A DNA stretch of 59,500 nt, filler included. It is 2 parts of 2 records of this genome, joined end to end, with 100 filler letters (N's around TTAATTAATTAA, not from the genome) between each part and the next. Parts side by side here need not be neighbours in the genome. Positions count along the whole stretch, not along the records: positions 1 to 27,840 come from SRR20825006_2705; 1 more part is not named here. One strand, 5' to 3'. Shown one piece after another: positions 9,451-18,560 of the stretch (its first letter is position 1; the number at the start of each line of letters is the position of its first letter). The notes beneath the pieces are model-generated. The model made no database searches and was not told where the DNA came from. It worked only from the letters and a program-made list of their open reading frames with translations. Both the position numbers and the translations under genes were made by a program.

Positions 9451-9687
9451 TCAGCGGCGTGCGGACTTGCTCCGCGACGGCGGCAGAAGGCCTTCGCGCT
9501 GAAGCTGCTTCTTGCGCTGTTTACGCAGGCGGCGAACGGCCTCGCCAGCTTCGCGATTGCGGCGTTCGGAAGGCTTTTCGTAAGCACGGCGGGCACGCAT
9601 TTCACGGAACATACCCTCGCGCTGCATTTTCTTTTTCAAAGCGCGCAGTGCCTGTTCAACATTATTGTCTCTTACGACGACTTGCAT
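9451..9687 (-). CDS. rpsU: 30S ribosomal protein bS21
   Basis: [25 protein letters not shown]...YEKPSE; AGGAGGT RBS at 9691-9697. Confidence 0.96.
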   Translation of the reverse strand: MQVVVRDNNVEQALRALKKKMQREGMFREMRARRAYEKPSERRNREAGEAVRRLRKQRKKQLQREGLLPPSRSKSARR

Positions 9688-9700
9688 GAAACCTCCTGAT

Positions 9701-9807
9701 CTGGAGCAACCCCGAGAACGCTGGACACCGGTTTTCCGTCCGGAATTGCATCACAAAATAAGTAGACGCGATTTCGCGTTTCCCAAAGAAACGCGCAAAC
9801 GCTCTGG
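9701..9807. repeat. Degenerate RIME/BRU-RS-like intergenic palindromic element of Rhizobiales
   Basis: About 107 bp bounded by CTGGAGC...GCTCTGG; contains CCGGTTTTCCGTCCGGAATTGC core and CGCGTTTC-CCAAA-GAAACGCG hairpin; matches my recollection of the RIME consensus. Confidence 0.65.
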
Positions 9808-9864
9808 TGTCACACCACCAGCATCGAACGGGCCCGGCTAAATGCAGGCCGCTGATGTGGCAGC

Positions 9865-9890
9865 AAAAAAGGCCGGGACTTACCCGGCCT
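9865..9890 (-). terminator. Intrinsic terminator
   Basis: Minus strand AGGCCGGG-TAAGT-CCCGGCCT followed by a T-run. Confidence 0.85.
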
Positions 9891-9902
9891 CATCCTGTGC
9901 CG

Positions 9903-10006
9903 CTGCCAGTACATCCGTGGTCAGCGACAGCGAATCCCTTTGCTTCAGGTCCGACGCGGAAAGCTCCGTCCTGTTCGCCCAAACTGCCAGTACATCCGTG
10001 GTCAGC
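9903..10006. repeat. Perfect 23-nt direct repeat (two copies, 9903-9925 and 9984-10006)
   Basis: CTGCCAGTACATCCGTGGTCAGC occurs twice with 81-nt period. Confidence 0.95.
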
Positions 10007-10351
10007 AGGAACGAACTTCAATCAGACCGTATGCGTGTCACGCAGGGCATTCCGCCAAACGTCAGTTGAAAGACGATTTTCGCTGCAAATCGAGGCTGAA
10101 ACGATTGCCAAAGCAATCGCGTTATCAGAAACGGCCTGAGAGCGAAAACGGTGCAACTATGTCAGGATCGGAAAAACCAACCCACAAAACCGCATGACGC
10201 GGCAAAGGCACCTTATCTTGGCGGACAGCCCTGACGGTTATTCAACGAAGGGCAATTCGCAATGACCGTGATATAGGCGCTCCTTGCCGCAAAGACAACC
10301 CCCTGCTGCAAAAGAGACAGGAAAGCGCGCTGGAACAAGAGCCTGAACCCG

Positions 10352-12304
10352 CTACACCTGCAGGGCTTCAAGCCCTACAAACAAATTCAGTGCTTCCGGA
10401 TTGGAGAGTGCCTCCTTGTTCTTTACCGGCCGGTTGTGAACCACGTCCCGCACTGCCAGTTCAACAATCTTGCCGGACTTGGTGCGCGGAATGTCCGCAA
10501 CCGCGATGATCTTGGCCGGAACATGGCGCGGTGACGCTCCGGTGCGAATACGCGCCCTGATCTCCTTCTCCAGTGCCGCATCCATCAAAACGCCTTCGGC
10601 AAGCCGAAGGAACAGGACCACGCGCACATCATCATCCCATTCCTGCCCGATACAGATGGCCTCGAGCACTTCCGGCATCTGTTCAACCTGATTGTAAATC
10701 TCCGCTGTGCCGATCCGCACCCCACCGGGGTTCAGCGTCGCGTCCGAACGCCCGTGGATGATGATACCGTCATGTTCGGTCCATTCTGCAAAATCCCCAT
10801 GACACCAGACATTCTCAAATTCGGAAAAATAGGCAGCCCGATATTTCTCCCTTTGCGGATCATTCCAGAAGCCGACCGGCATATTGGGAAACGGCTTTGT
10901 GCAGACAAGCTCTCCCTTTACGCCCCGCACCGATTGGCCCGTCTCATCCCAGATATCAACCGCAAGCCCGAGCCCCGCCCCCTGGATCTCCCCCTTCCAG
11001 ACGGGCTTGACCGGAATACCCAGCACGAAGCACGACACGATATCGGTTCCACCGGAAATCGAGGCAAGCTGTACATCAGGCCTGATCCCCTCATAGACGA
11101 AGGAAAAGCCTTCCGGCGAAAGCGGCGATCCGGTTGAAGTGACCAGACGCAGGCTGGAGAGATCGTGATGCTCGACCGGTCTATACCCCGCCTTGCGCAC
11201 GGCATCGATATATTTCGCGGACGTTCCAAACACCGAGAACCGCTCTTCCTCGGCATAACCAAAAAGCACCTCCGGCCCCGGTGCGAAAGGTGAACCATCA
11301 TAAAGACAAAGGGTTGCGCCGCTGGCCAGTCCACTGGCCAGCCAGTTCCACATCATCCAACCGCAGGTGGTGAAGTAAAACAATTTTTCGCCGGGTGTGA
11401 GCGAGCAATGCAGCCGGTGCTCCTTCAAATGCTGTAACAACACCCCCCCGGCAGAGTGAACGATGCACTTTGGAACTCCGGTCGTGCCGGAAGAAAACAA
11501 GATGTAGAGCGGATGGGAAAACGGAAGACGGGTATACTTGATTTTCGCAGGCGAAAACGGCTCCAGAAACGCTTCCAGCATCTCGCCCTGCTCCAGTGAC
11601 TGAGCCAGCGCATTGCCATCGCCGGCAAGCGGCACGATGACGGTCGGCACATTGAGCGCTGCGGATATCTGAATAACCTTTTCGGCAATGTTCTGCGTCT
11701 TGCCGCTGTACCAGTAGCCATCGCAACAGAAAAACAGTTTCGGTTCTATCTGACCGAACCGGTCCAATACGCCATTGACACCGAAATCCGGCGAACAGGA
11801 GGAAAACACAGCACCGACCGAGGAGACCGCCAGCATGATCGCAATCGTTTCCGGCATATTCGGCATCATCGCCGCAACGCGGTCACCGGGTCCAAGCCCT
11901 TTTTTCACAAGCGCCTGCTGCAACCGCGAAACAGTCTCCTTCAAACGATCCCAGCTCCAGCGGCAAGCGAGTTTATCCTCGGCCCGAAAAATGATCGCAT
12001 CGCCGTTGGCGGTCTGCTCCAGAAGATTTTCAGCAAAATTCAGCCGCGCATCCGGGAAGAAACGTGCGTTGAGCATATCGTCGCCATCGACCAGGATGCG
12101 ATCACCTTTCTCACCGCGTACATCACAGAAATCCCAAAGCGCAGACCAGAATTCCCCGCTCTCTTCCACTGACCAGCGGTGAAGATCATCATAGCTGTCA
12201 AACGTGACTTCGCAGCGTTTAGCACAGAAATCCATAAACCGGGTCACCGGTGCCTCCGCGATCGCACCCGCGCACGGTTGCCAAAGGGGTGTATTTTCGC
12301 TCAT
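10352..12304 (-). CDS. Acetoacetate--CoA ligase
   Basis: FSSGTTGVPKCIVH AMP-binding motif, TTCGWMMWNWL, SISGGTDIVSCF, GRSDATLNPGGVRIGTAEIY. Confidence 0.95.
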   Translation of the reverse strand: MSENTPLWQPCAGAIAEAPVTRFMDFCAKRCEVTFDSYDDLHRWSVEESGEFWSALWDFCDVRGEKGDRILVDGDDMLNARFFPDARLNFAENLLEQTANGDAIIFRAEDKLACRWSWDRLKETVSRLQQALVKKGLGPGDRVAAMMPNMPETIAIMLAVSSVGAVFSSCSPDFGVNGVLDRFGQIEPKLFFCCDGYWYSGKTQNIAEKVIQISAALNVPTVIVPLAGDGNALAQSLEQGEMLEAFLEPFSPAKIKYTRLPFSHPLYILFSSGTTGVPKCIVHSAGGVLLQHLKEHRLHCSLTPGEKLFYFTTCGWMMWNWLASGLASGATLCLYDGSPFAPGPEVLFGYAEEERFSVFGTSAKYIDAVRKAGYRPVEHHDLSSLRLVTSTGSPLSPEGFSFVYEGIRPDVQLASISGGTDIVSCFVLGIPVKPVWKGEIQGAGLGLAVDIWDETGQSVRGVKGELVCTKPFPNMPVGFWNDPQREKYRAAYFSEFENVWCHGDFAEWTEHDGIIIHGRSDATLNPGGVRIGTAEIYNQVEQMPEVLEAICIGQEWDDDVRVVLFLRLAEGVLMDAALEKEIRARIRTGASPRHVPAKIIAVADIPRTKSGKIVELAVRDVVHNRPVKNKEALSNPEALNLFVGLEALQV

Positions 12305-12516
12305 GGTCTCCTCCCAGGCACATTTGCAAAAGTAAGTTTTCTATAGAACCTCTTCCTGATAATTGAAATTATTCAAACGTCTTGGAAGCTTTGATGCTCG
12401 GTATCGACCTCGGATTTGCAGCCAGTGCGGCAGGCTGAACAATTGCGCAGCTCCTCATTTTCGTCTATCCGCGCAGCAGGGAGTGGTTTGAAACCAACGG
12501 ATTGAAGCGAACCTTG

Positions 12517-14355
12517 ATGAAGCGCAAGACTGAAAAATCCGGCCAAGGCCGAAGCATCCGCCGTTATTCGCGTCGCGGTCCGTGGCGCTATGTGGTTGCC
12601 GCCGCCATTCTTCTGGCCGTTGCGACCTATCACCTGGTTCCCAGAATTGTATCGGCAGACCGGATCGCAAACCAACTGAGAGATAACCTTTCTGCCGCAA
12701 TCGGCACTCCGGTAACGATCAACGGCGGTACGCGCCTGTCCTATTGGCCGCGGCCGGAAATCACGGTTTCGGGCGTTGCGGCACCACAACCGCCAGGTCG
12801 GGGCCCTCTTGTTTATGGTTCAATCCGGACCCTGACGGCCCAATTCAGCCTCATCAAGGCCTTCACTGGTGACACCGCGTTCAGCAAGATCACACTGGAA
12901 GGTCCGACAATCATTTTGGAAGAAACCGGCGAACCCGGCGGACCGGCGCATACGCGCCTTGCGAAAGCATTGGCAATCAATGCTGCAGCCGGCTCAAACT
13001 TCAAAATGGTCGGCGTCGACTCTCTGAGCATTCTGGACGGCACACTCGGCATTTCAAACGAGGGTGATACGCGGGTGATCAAAGGCCTCAACGGCACGTT
13101 CAGCTGGCCGCGCCTCAACGATACGATGAATTTCAGCGGTACGGCAACAATCAACGAGATCATCACAGACATCACGGCTTCTATTGAGAAACCGCTTCAG
13201 TTTCTCAGTGATACGGCATCGCCTGCAAAGCTGACTTTCAAAAACAGCCTGGCAGACCTGACCTATAACGGCACGGCGACTCGAAGCGCTCCATACCTTC
13301 TGGACGGAAATTTCAGTTTCGCGACCGCGAACACCCAAAAGCTCGGCACTTGGGCGCAAACACCGCTTCTTGTTCTGGAAGACGTCAACCGCGTGGCTAT
13401 CAAAGGCACGATTGCCCGCAGCGGCGGCTCTTTGCGATTTTCGCCGGCCACGCTCACCCTTGGAGGCAGCCAAGGCAAAGGCGTTGTCGATCTGGCGATG
13501 ACCACAGAAAGCCAGCCTTTGAAGATGATGGCAACGCTGGCGTTCGGTGACATCACGCTTTCAAATATCCGATCTTCGCTTCCCGCCTGGATCGATGCTG
13601 TTTCAGCCATGCCGGACGAGACCTCATCGGAAAAGTGGCCGCTTCCTGCACTGGATCTCCGGCTTTCGGCAGCCACGGTGCAGCTTTCCGACATCACGCT
13701 TGAGGATGTCGCAGCAAGCGTGATGCGCTCGCCGCAGCAGACAAGCTTTGATATCGCGGACAGCAGGCTCGGGGAAGGTACGCTGTTTGCCCATATCGGC
13801 ATCCACAGGGACAAGAATGCCGAAGTTCAGATATCAGCCGAAAAGGTAGCCTCGGCACCGTTCTTTAAACAACTGGGCTTCAATATTCCGTTGACCTCAG
13901 GCTCCCTTGATCTTGAGATGACACTGAATGCACCGCTGCCGCTCAGCCAGATAGCAGCGGAAAACGCCGCCGGTGAAATGCGCTTCACCGCCCGTGGCGG
14001 GGATCTTGCCTGGCTCGATTTTGGCACGCTGATCGACAAGGCCAGAACCGACAACATCTTTCTGCTGACCTATGCAGGTGACAACGCATTCAGCTTCACA
14101 CGGGTAAAGGGCCAGGCAGTACTGGACGGCACCGAGCTTGATCTGGAAAACCTCGTCATTGAAACCGAAAGCGATATGATTTCGCTTTCGGGAACACTCG
14201 ACACCCTATCCGGTCAGTTTGACGCAACAGCAACGATTACATCGAAGATCGATGATGGCGCCGGGCCGGTCTCGGTATCAATCCTCGGCAATCCGCTCGC
14301 TGCCATTGCACGGCGAATTGAAACAACTGAAGACAGCGTTGACGAAAACCGTTGA
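12517..14355 (+). CDS. AsmA family protein
   Basis: N-terminal membrane anchor, 'LSAAIGTPVTINGGTRLSYWPRPEI' AsmA-like start, beta-rich body; start placed at ATG 12517. Confidence 0.75.
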   Translation: MKRKTEKSGQGRSIRRYSRRGPWRYVVAAAILLAVATYHLVPRIVSADRIANQLRDNLSAAIGTPVTINGGTRLSYWPRPEITVSGVAAPQPPGRGPLVYGSIRTLTAQFSLIKAFTGDTAFSKITLEGPTIILEETGEPGGPAHTRLAKALAINAAAGSNFKMVGVDSLSILDGTLGISNEGDTRVIKGLNGTFSWPRLNDTMNFSGTATINEIITDITASIEKPLQFLSDTASPAKLTFKNSLADLTYNGTATRSAPYLLDGNFSFATANTQKLGTWAQTPLLVLEDVNRVAIKGTIARSGGSLRFSPATLTLGGSQGKGVVDLAMTTESQPLKMMATLAFGDITLSNIRSSLPAWIDAVSAMPDETSSEKWPLPALDLRLSAATVQLSDITLEDVAASVMRSPQQTSFDIADSRLGEGTLFAHIGIHRDKNAEVQISAEKVASAPFFKQLGFNIPLTSGSLDLEMTLNAPLPLSQIAAENAAGEMRFTARGGDLAWLDFGTLIDKARTDNIFLLTYAGDNAFSFTRVKGQAVLDGTELDLENLVIETESDMISLSGTLDTLSGQFDATATITSKIDDGAGPVSVSILGNPLAAIARRIETTEDSVDENR

Positions 14356-14389
14356 CCGGCACGCCGAGCGGCAGCGTTTGAAAGCCGGT

Positions 14390-15580
14390 CTACGCCGCGT
14401 CACCCGCCGCGATTGCCGAAGCCCACGCCCACTGAAAATTATAGCCACCAAGCCAGCCGGTGACGTCGACGCATTCACCGATAAAATAAAGTCCCGGCAC
14501 CGTCTTGGCTTCCATGGTCTTTGAAGACAGCGCTTTTGTATTGACACCGCCAAGCGTTACTTCGGCGGTGCGATAACCTTCTGTACCCGCCGGTCGGATG
14601 TGCCAGTTCTGAATACTGTCAGCCAGACCAAGCAAGGCCTTGTCTGAGGTATCGGCCAGCGCGCTGTTCATCCCCGCCTGCTCCGCGAAAAACTGGGCCA
14701 GCCGTTTGGGCATGTGCCGGGAGAGAACCGTGGATGCTGTCTGGAGGCCACTCTCCCGCTTCGCCGTTTTCAAGGCCTTGGAAAGATCGACCTCCGGCAA
14801 CAGACGGGTAACAACATCATTGCCCGGTTTCCAATAGGAGGAAATCTGCAACACAGACGGCCCGGAAATGCCGCGATGGGTAAACAGCAATGCCTCGCGG
14901 AAGGTGGTCTCGTTGCAGGAAAGCTCAGCCGGAATGCCGATACCCGCAAGCGGTTTCAGTGTTTCCAGCAACGCCGGATCGAGCGTAAACGGCACCAGTC
15001 CGGCGCGCGGCTCGACGACCGGAAGAGAAAACTGTTGCGCAACGTCATAGGCGAAACCGGTTGCCCCCATTTTCGGGATCGATTTACCGCCTGTGGCCAC
15101 CACCAGTGCAGCGGCAAGAACGGGCTCGCCATCCAGATCAATGCGAAAGCCGGTTTCGCTTTTTTCCAGACCGGAAACCGATGCTTGCAGCCGGATTTCA
15201 ACACCGCCCACCTCGCATTCGTCCAGAAGCATGTTAACGATCTGCTTTGATGATCCATCGCAAAAGAGTTGCCCCAGCGTTTTTTCATGCCAGGCAATGC
15301 CGTATTTTTCGACAAGATCGAGAAAATGACGCGGCGTATAGCGCGCCAGTGCCGATTTGGCGAAATGACGGTTTGATGAGATGTAGTTTTCCGGCCCGGC
15401 ATGAATATTTGTGAAATTGCACCGCCCGCCCCCGGAAATACGGATTTTCTCTCCGGCTGCGCGGGCATGATCGACGAGCAGGACACGACGCCCGCGCTGC
15501 CCGGCACGCGCAGAACACATCAGCCCGGCGGCCCCTGCTCCGAGCACAATGACATCAAACTGTTGCATGGTTGCGATCAT
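14390..15580 (-). CDS. HI0933/BaiN/YhiN family NAD(P)/FAD-dependent oxidoreductase
   Basis: GAGAAG, KIRISGGGRCNFTN, ATGGKSIPKMG, LFTHRGISGP, AEVTLGGV, DVTGWLGGYNFQWAW. Confidence 0.95.
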   Translation of the reverse strand: MIATMQQFDVIVLGAGAAGLMCSARAGQRGRRVLLVDHARAAGEKIRISGGGRCNFTNIHAGPENYISSNRHFAKSALARYTPRHFLDLVEKYGIAWHEKTLGQLFCDGSSKQIVNMLLDECEVGGVEIRLQASVSGLEKSETGFRIDLDGEPVLAAALVVATGGKSIPKMGATGFAYDVAQQFSLPVVEPRAGLVPFTLDPALLETLKPLAGIGIPAELSCNETTFREALLFTHRGISGPSVLQISSYWKPGNDVVTRLLPEVDLSKALKTAKRESGLQTASTVLSRHMPKRLAQFFAEQAGMNSALADTSDKALLGLADSIQNWHIRPAGTEGYRTAEVTLGGVNTKALSSKTMEAKTVPGLYFIGECVDVTGWLGGYNFQWAWASAIAAGDAA

Positions 15581-15697
15581 CTCTCATTTGCCGCGCCTTG
15601 TTCCGGTTTACCGAAAGAAAGTCAACGTTCCCTCTCGCCAATCCGCATACTGCCGTTATGATGAAGGTTATCTTGTAATGACCATTGGCCAGAACAC

Positions 15698-17155
15698 ATG
15701 TCAGTAAAGAAACCGGCGAAAGCCGCCAGCAAGGCAACACACAGAACCACAGCAAAACCCGCCAAAAGACCCGCCATTCCGGCAGCTCTCGCCCAGGCCA
15801 GAGGCGTGAAGGACTGGAACGAGGCAGCACGATGGCTGAAAACACGCGGGATCGAGGATATCGAGTGCATTACTCCCGATCTGGCGGGCGTGCCGCGTGG
15901 CAAGATGATGCCGACTTCCAAGTTCACGTCAAACACCTCGCTGGCGCTACCCTCAGCATTATATCGCCACACGATTTCCGGCGGCTACCCGGATGAGAGT
16001 GGCAATTTTCGCTATGAACCGCGCGACAGCGACCTCAAACTTGTTCCCGACCTTTCGACCCTTTCGAATGTGCCCTGGGAAAGCGATCCGACCGCTCAGG
16101 TGATCTGCAATGTCGTTGGCAGCAACGGCGAGGAAGTTGCCTATACACCGCGCAACGTTTTGAAACGGGTGATCGGGCTATACGAAGCAAAGGGCTGGAA
16201 GCCGGTGGTTGCTCCGGAGATCGAGTTTTATCTCGTGGCGCAAAATGATGATCCGGATCTGCCGCTGGTTCCGCCGGTCGGCCGCTCGGGCCGCCCCATC
16301 GTCGCCGGGCAGGCATATTCGATCGCAGGTATTAACGAGTTCGACGAACTGATCGATGATATCTACCACTTCAGCGAAGGTCAGGGGCTGGAGATCGATA
16401 CGCTGATCCACGAAGAAGGCCCTGCCCAGCTGGAAATCAATCTGCGCCACGGCGACCCGCTGGAACTTGCCGATCAGGTCTTCTTCTTCAAGCGCACCAT
16501 CCGTGAGGCCGCGATCAAGCACGGTACATTCGCAACCTTCATGGCCAAGCCAATGCAGAACCAGCCGGGTTCGGCCATGCATATCCACCAATCAGTGATC
16601 GACATCGAAACCGGTCGCAATGTGTTCTCGCTGGAAAACGGCGACCCATCACCTGAATTTTTCCACTTCATCGGCGGCATGCAGAAGTATGTGCCCTCGA
16701 CGCTTGTGATGATGGCACCCTATGTGAACTCCTATCGGCGCCTGACCCCTGATATGGCTTGCCCGGTCAACACCGCATGGGGCTATGACAATCGCACGAC
16801 CGCATTCCGGATTCCGGTTTCGGATGCGCAGTCACGGCGGGTGGAAAACCGTCTGCCAAGCTCGGATGCCAACCCGTATCTGGCGCTTGCGGCCTCGCTG
16901 GCCTGCGGCTACCTCGGCATCGAGAATATGGTCGATCCGTCAGCGCCAACCGGAGAGACCGCCAATGAGGGCGGTATCGATCTGCCGCGCGGACTGCTGG
17001 AGGCTCTGGCATTGCTTGAAGGAGAAACAGCGCTTCAGCCGGTTCTGTCTTCGGAGTTCATCGATCTTTATGCCGGGGTCAAACGCGGTGAATTTGAGAC
17101 CTTCATGGAAGTTATCAGCCCATGGGAGCGTGAATTTCTTCTACTTAACGTGTAA
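15698..17155 (+). CDS. Glutamine synthetase-like protein (PuuA-like gamma-glutamyl-amine ligase)
   Basis: PDLAGVPRGK, APEIEFYL, HEEGPAQLEIN, FMAKP...GSAMHIHQS, RVENRLPSSDANPYLA; adjacent PuuB-like oxidase. Confidence 0.9.
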   Translation: MSVKKPAKAASKATHRTTAKPAKRPAIPAALAQARGVKDWNEAARWLKTRGIEDIECITPDLAGVPRGKMMPTSKFTSNTSLALPSALYRHTISGGYPDESGNFRYEPRDSDLKLVPDLSTLSNVPWESDPTAQVICNVVGSNGEEVAYTPRNVLKRVIGLYEAKGWKPVVAPEIEFYLVAQNDDPDLPLVPPVGRSGRPIVAGQAYSIAGINEFDELIDDIYHFSEGQGLEIDTLIHEEGPAQLEINLRHGDPLELADQVFFFKRTIREAAIKHGTFATFMAKPMQNQPGSAMHIHQSVIDIETGRNVFSLENGDPSPEFFHFIGGMQKYVPSTLVMMAPYVNSYRRLTPDMACPVNTAWGYDNRTTAFRIPVSDAQSRRVENRLPSSDANPYLALAASLACGYLGIENMVDPSAPTGETANEGGIDLPRGLLEALALLEGETALQPVLSSEFIDLYAGVKRGEFETFMEVISPWEREFLLLNV

Positions 17156-17191
17156 TATTGAGAATATATCAATTTGGAGCAACAGAGTGTC

Positions 17192-18481
17192 ATGGCGTGG
17201 CAAAGCCCGATTGCACCCGGCATATCCTGGTATCAGGCGACGCTTGAAGAGCGGCCAACCTATCCGCGTCTTGAAGAATCCATCTCCGCCAATGTAGCGA
17301 TTATCGGCGGCGGTTTCACCGGACTTCAGGCGGCCTATCATCTGGCTGCCAACGGCACGGATGTGGTTCTGATTGATGCCGCCCGTCTTGGAGACGGCGC
17401 CTCTGGCCGCAATGGGGGGCAGTTGGGCACCGGCCAGCATTGGTGGCCGGAAGACATGGAAGCAAAACTGGGGCTGGAACGCTCAAAAGCGTTTTTCCGG
17501 ATCGCAGAGGATGCAAAGTCCCACCTTCTCGATTTCGCCAAAACGCATAACATCAATATTGATTTTCATCCGGGTCAGATTTCCGCTGCTCACAAGCGCA
17601 ATATGGAGTTCACCTACAAAAATCATGTCGAAGCCCTCGCGGAGCGCTACGACTATCCGCATCTTTCGTTCATGAGCAAGCAGGAAACGGCCGAACGGCT
17701 GGGATCCAATCGTTATTTCTGCGGCATTCGCGATATCGGCACCGGTCACATTCATCCGCTCAAATTTCTGATCGGCACAGCCAAAGCGGCAGCGGCAGCG
17801 GGTGCCCGGATTTTCGAAATGACCAAGGCCGACAATATCGAGAAAAAGAACGGGCGCATTACAATCTCAAGCGAGCGCGGCACAATCACCGCCGAACGGG
17901 TTCTGATCGCCTGCAATGGCTATATAGAAGAGCATTTCGAACCGGGCACTGCAGCCAAGGTCATGCCGATCCGCTCATTCATCGCTGCAACAAAGCCAAT
18001 TTCGAAGTCAGAAAATATCCTGCCCGGCGGTGAATCCGTCGATGATAGCCGGTTTGTCGTCCGCTATTTTCGCAAAACCAAAACGGGTGAGCTGCTTTTT
18101 GGCGGGCGCGAGGCCTATACCGCCGACCAGCCGAAGGATATTTCAAAACACCTCCGTCGCCAGATTGCGGAAATCTTCCCGGCTCTGAAGAAGGTCGAGA
18201 TCACCCATGCCTGGGGCGGCAATGTCGGCATCACCATGCCGCGTCGCCCGCTGGTGCATGATATCATGCCCGGCGTGACCTCCATTGGCGGTTTTTCCGG
18301 CCATGGCGTCTTGTTGTCAAATTACTGTGGTAAGCTTTTCGCAGAAGAGTTGCTGGGACGTTCCAATGACCTGGACCTCTATCGCGACCTGGATATCCCC
18401 GCCTTTCCCGGTGGAGGTGCCCTCAGAAAGCCACTTCTGTTCCTCGCACTGACCTGGTTTTCCCTCCGGGATCGGTTTTGA
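17192..18481 (+). CDS. FAD-dependent oxidoreductase, DAO/PuuB-like
   Basis: IIGGGFTGL, GASGRNGGQ, GHIHPLK, GFSGHGV; start placed at ATG 17192. Confidence 0.9.
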   Translation: MAWQSPIAPGISWYQATLEERPTYPRLEESISANVAIIGGGFTGLQAAYHLAANGTDVVLIDAARLGDGASGRNGGQLGTGQHWWPEDMEAKLGLERSKAFFRIAEDAKSHLLDFAKTHNINIDFHPGQISAAHKRNMEFTYKNHVEALAERYDYPHLSFMSKQETAERLGSNRYFCGIRDIGTGHIHPLKFLIGTAKAAAAAGARIFEMTKADNIEKKNGRITISSERGTITAERVLIACNGYIEEHFEPGTAAKVMPIRSFIAATKPISKSENILPGGESVDDSRFVVRYFRKTKTGELLFGGREAYTADQPKDISKHLRRQIAEIFPALKKVEITHAWGGNVGITMPRRPLVHDIMPGVTSIGGFSGHGVLLSNYCGKLFAEELLGRSNDLDLYRDLDIPAFPGGGALRKPLLFLALTWFSLRDRF

Positions 18482-18510
18482 GCCATTTTTTTGGAATGGG
18501 ACTGGCTTTT

Positions 18511-18524
18511 TTAAATCGATTTGA
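18511..18524. promoter_or_regulatory. LacI-type palindromic operator upstream of zwf (PckR-like candidate)
   Basis: TTAAATCGATTTGA with perfect AAATCGATTT core, 36 nt before the zwf ATG. Confidence 0.5.
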
Positions 18525-18560
18525 TAAAACAATGCCAACCGTTGACGATTGAGAGAAAAC

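Larger units (their letters stand above)
9865..10030 (-). ncRNA. Candidate structured sRNA or leader with multiple GGA motifs (Csr/Rsm-sponge-like); 5' end uncertain
   Basis: Two hairpins with C-ACGGAU-G loops, extra CAGGAC, AGGGAU and CAGGAUG motifs, strong terminator at the 3' end. Confidence 0.6.

Noticed and set aside
9903-10006. 23-nt direct repeat as a mini CRISPR array
   Set aside because: Only two copies, a 58-nt structured spacer, no cas genes or AT-rich leader; better explained as duplicated RNA hairpins.
9842-10069. 75-aa plus-strand ORF with repeated ASTSVVS
   Set aside because: No RBS or recognisable family; the peptide repeat is a by-product of the 81-nt nucleotide period, and the ORF runs across an opposite-strand terminator.
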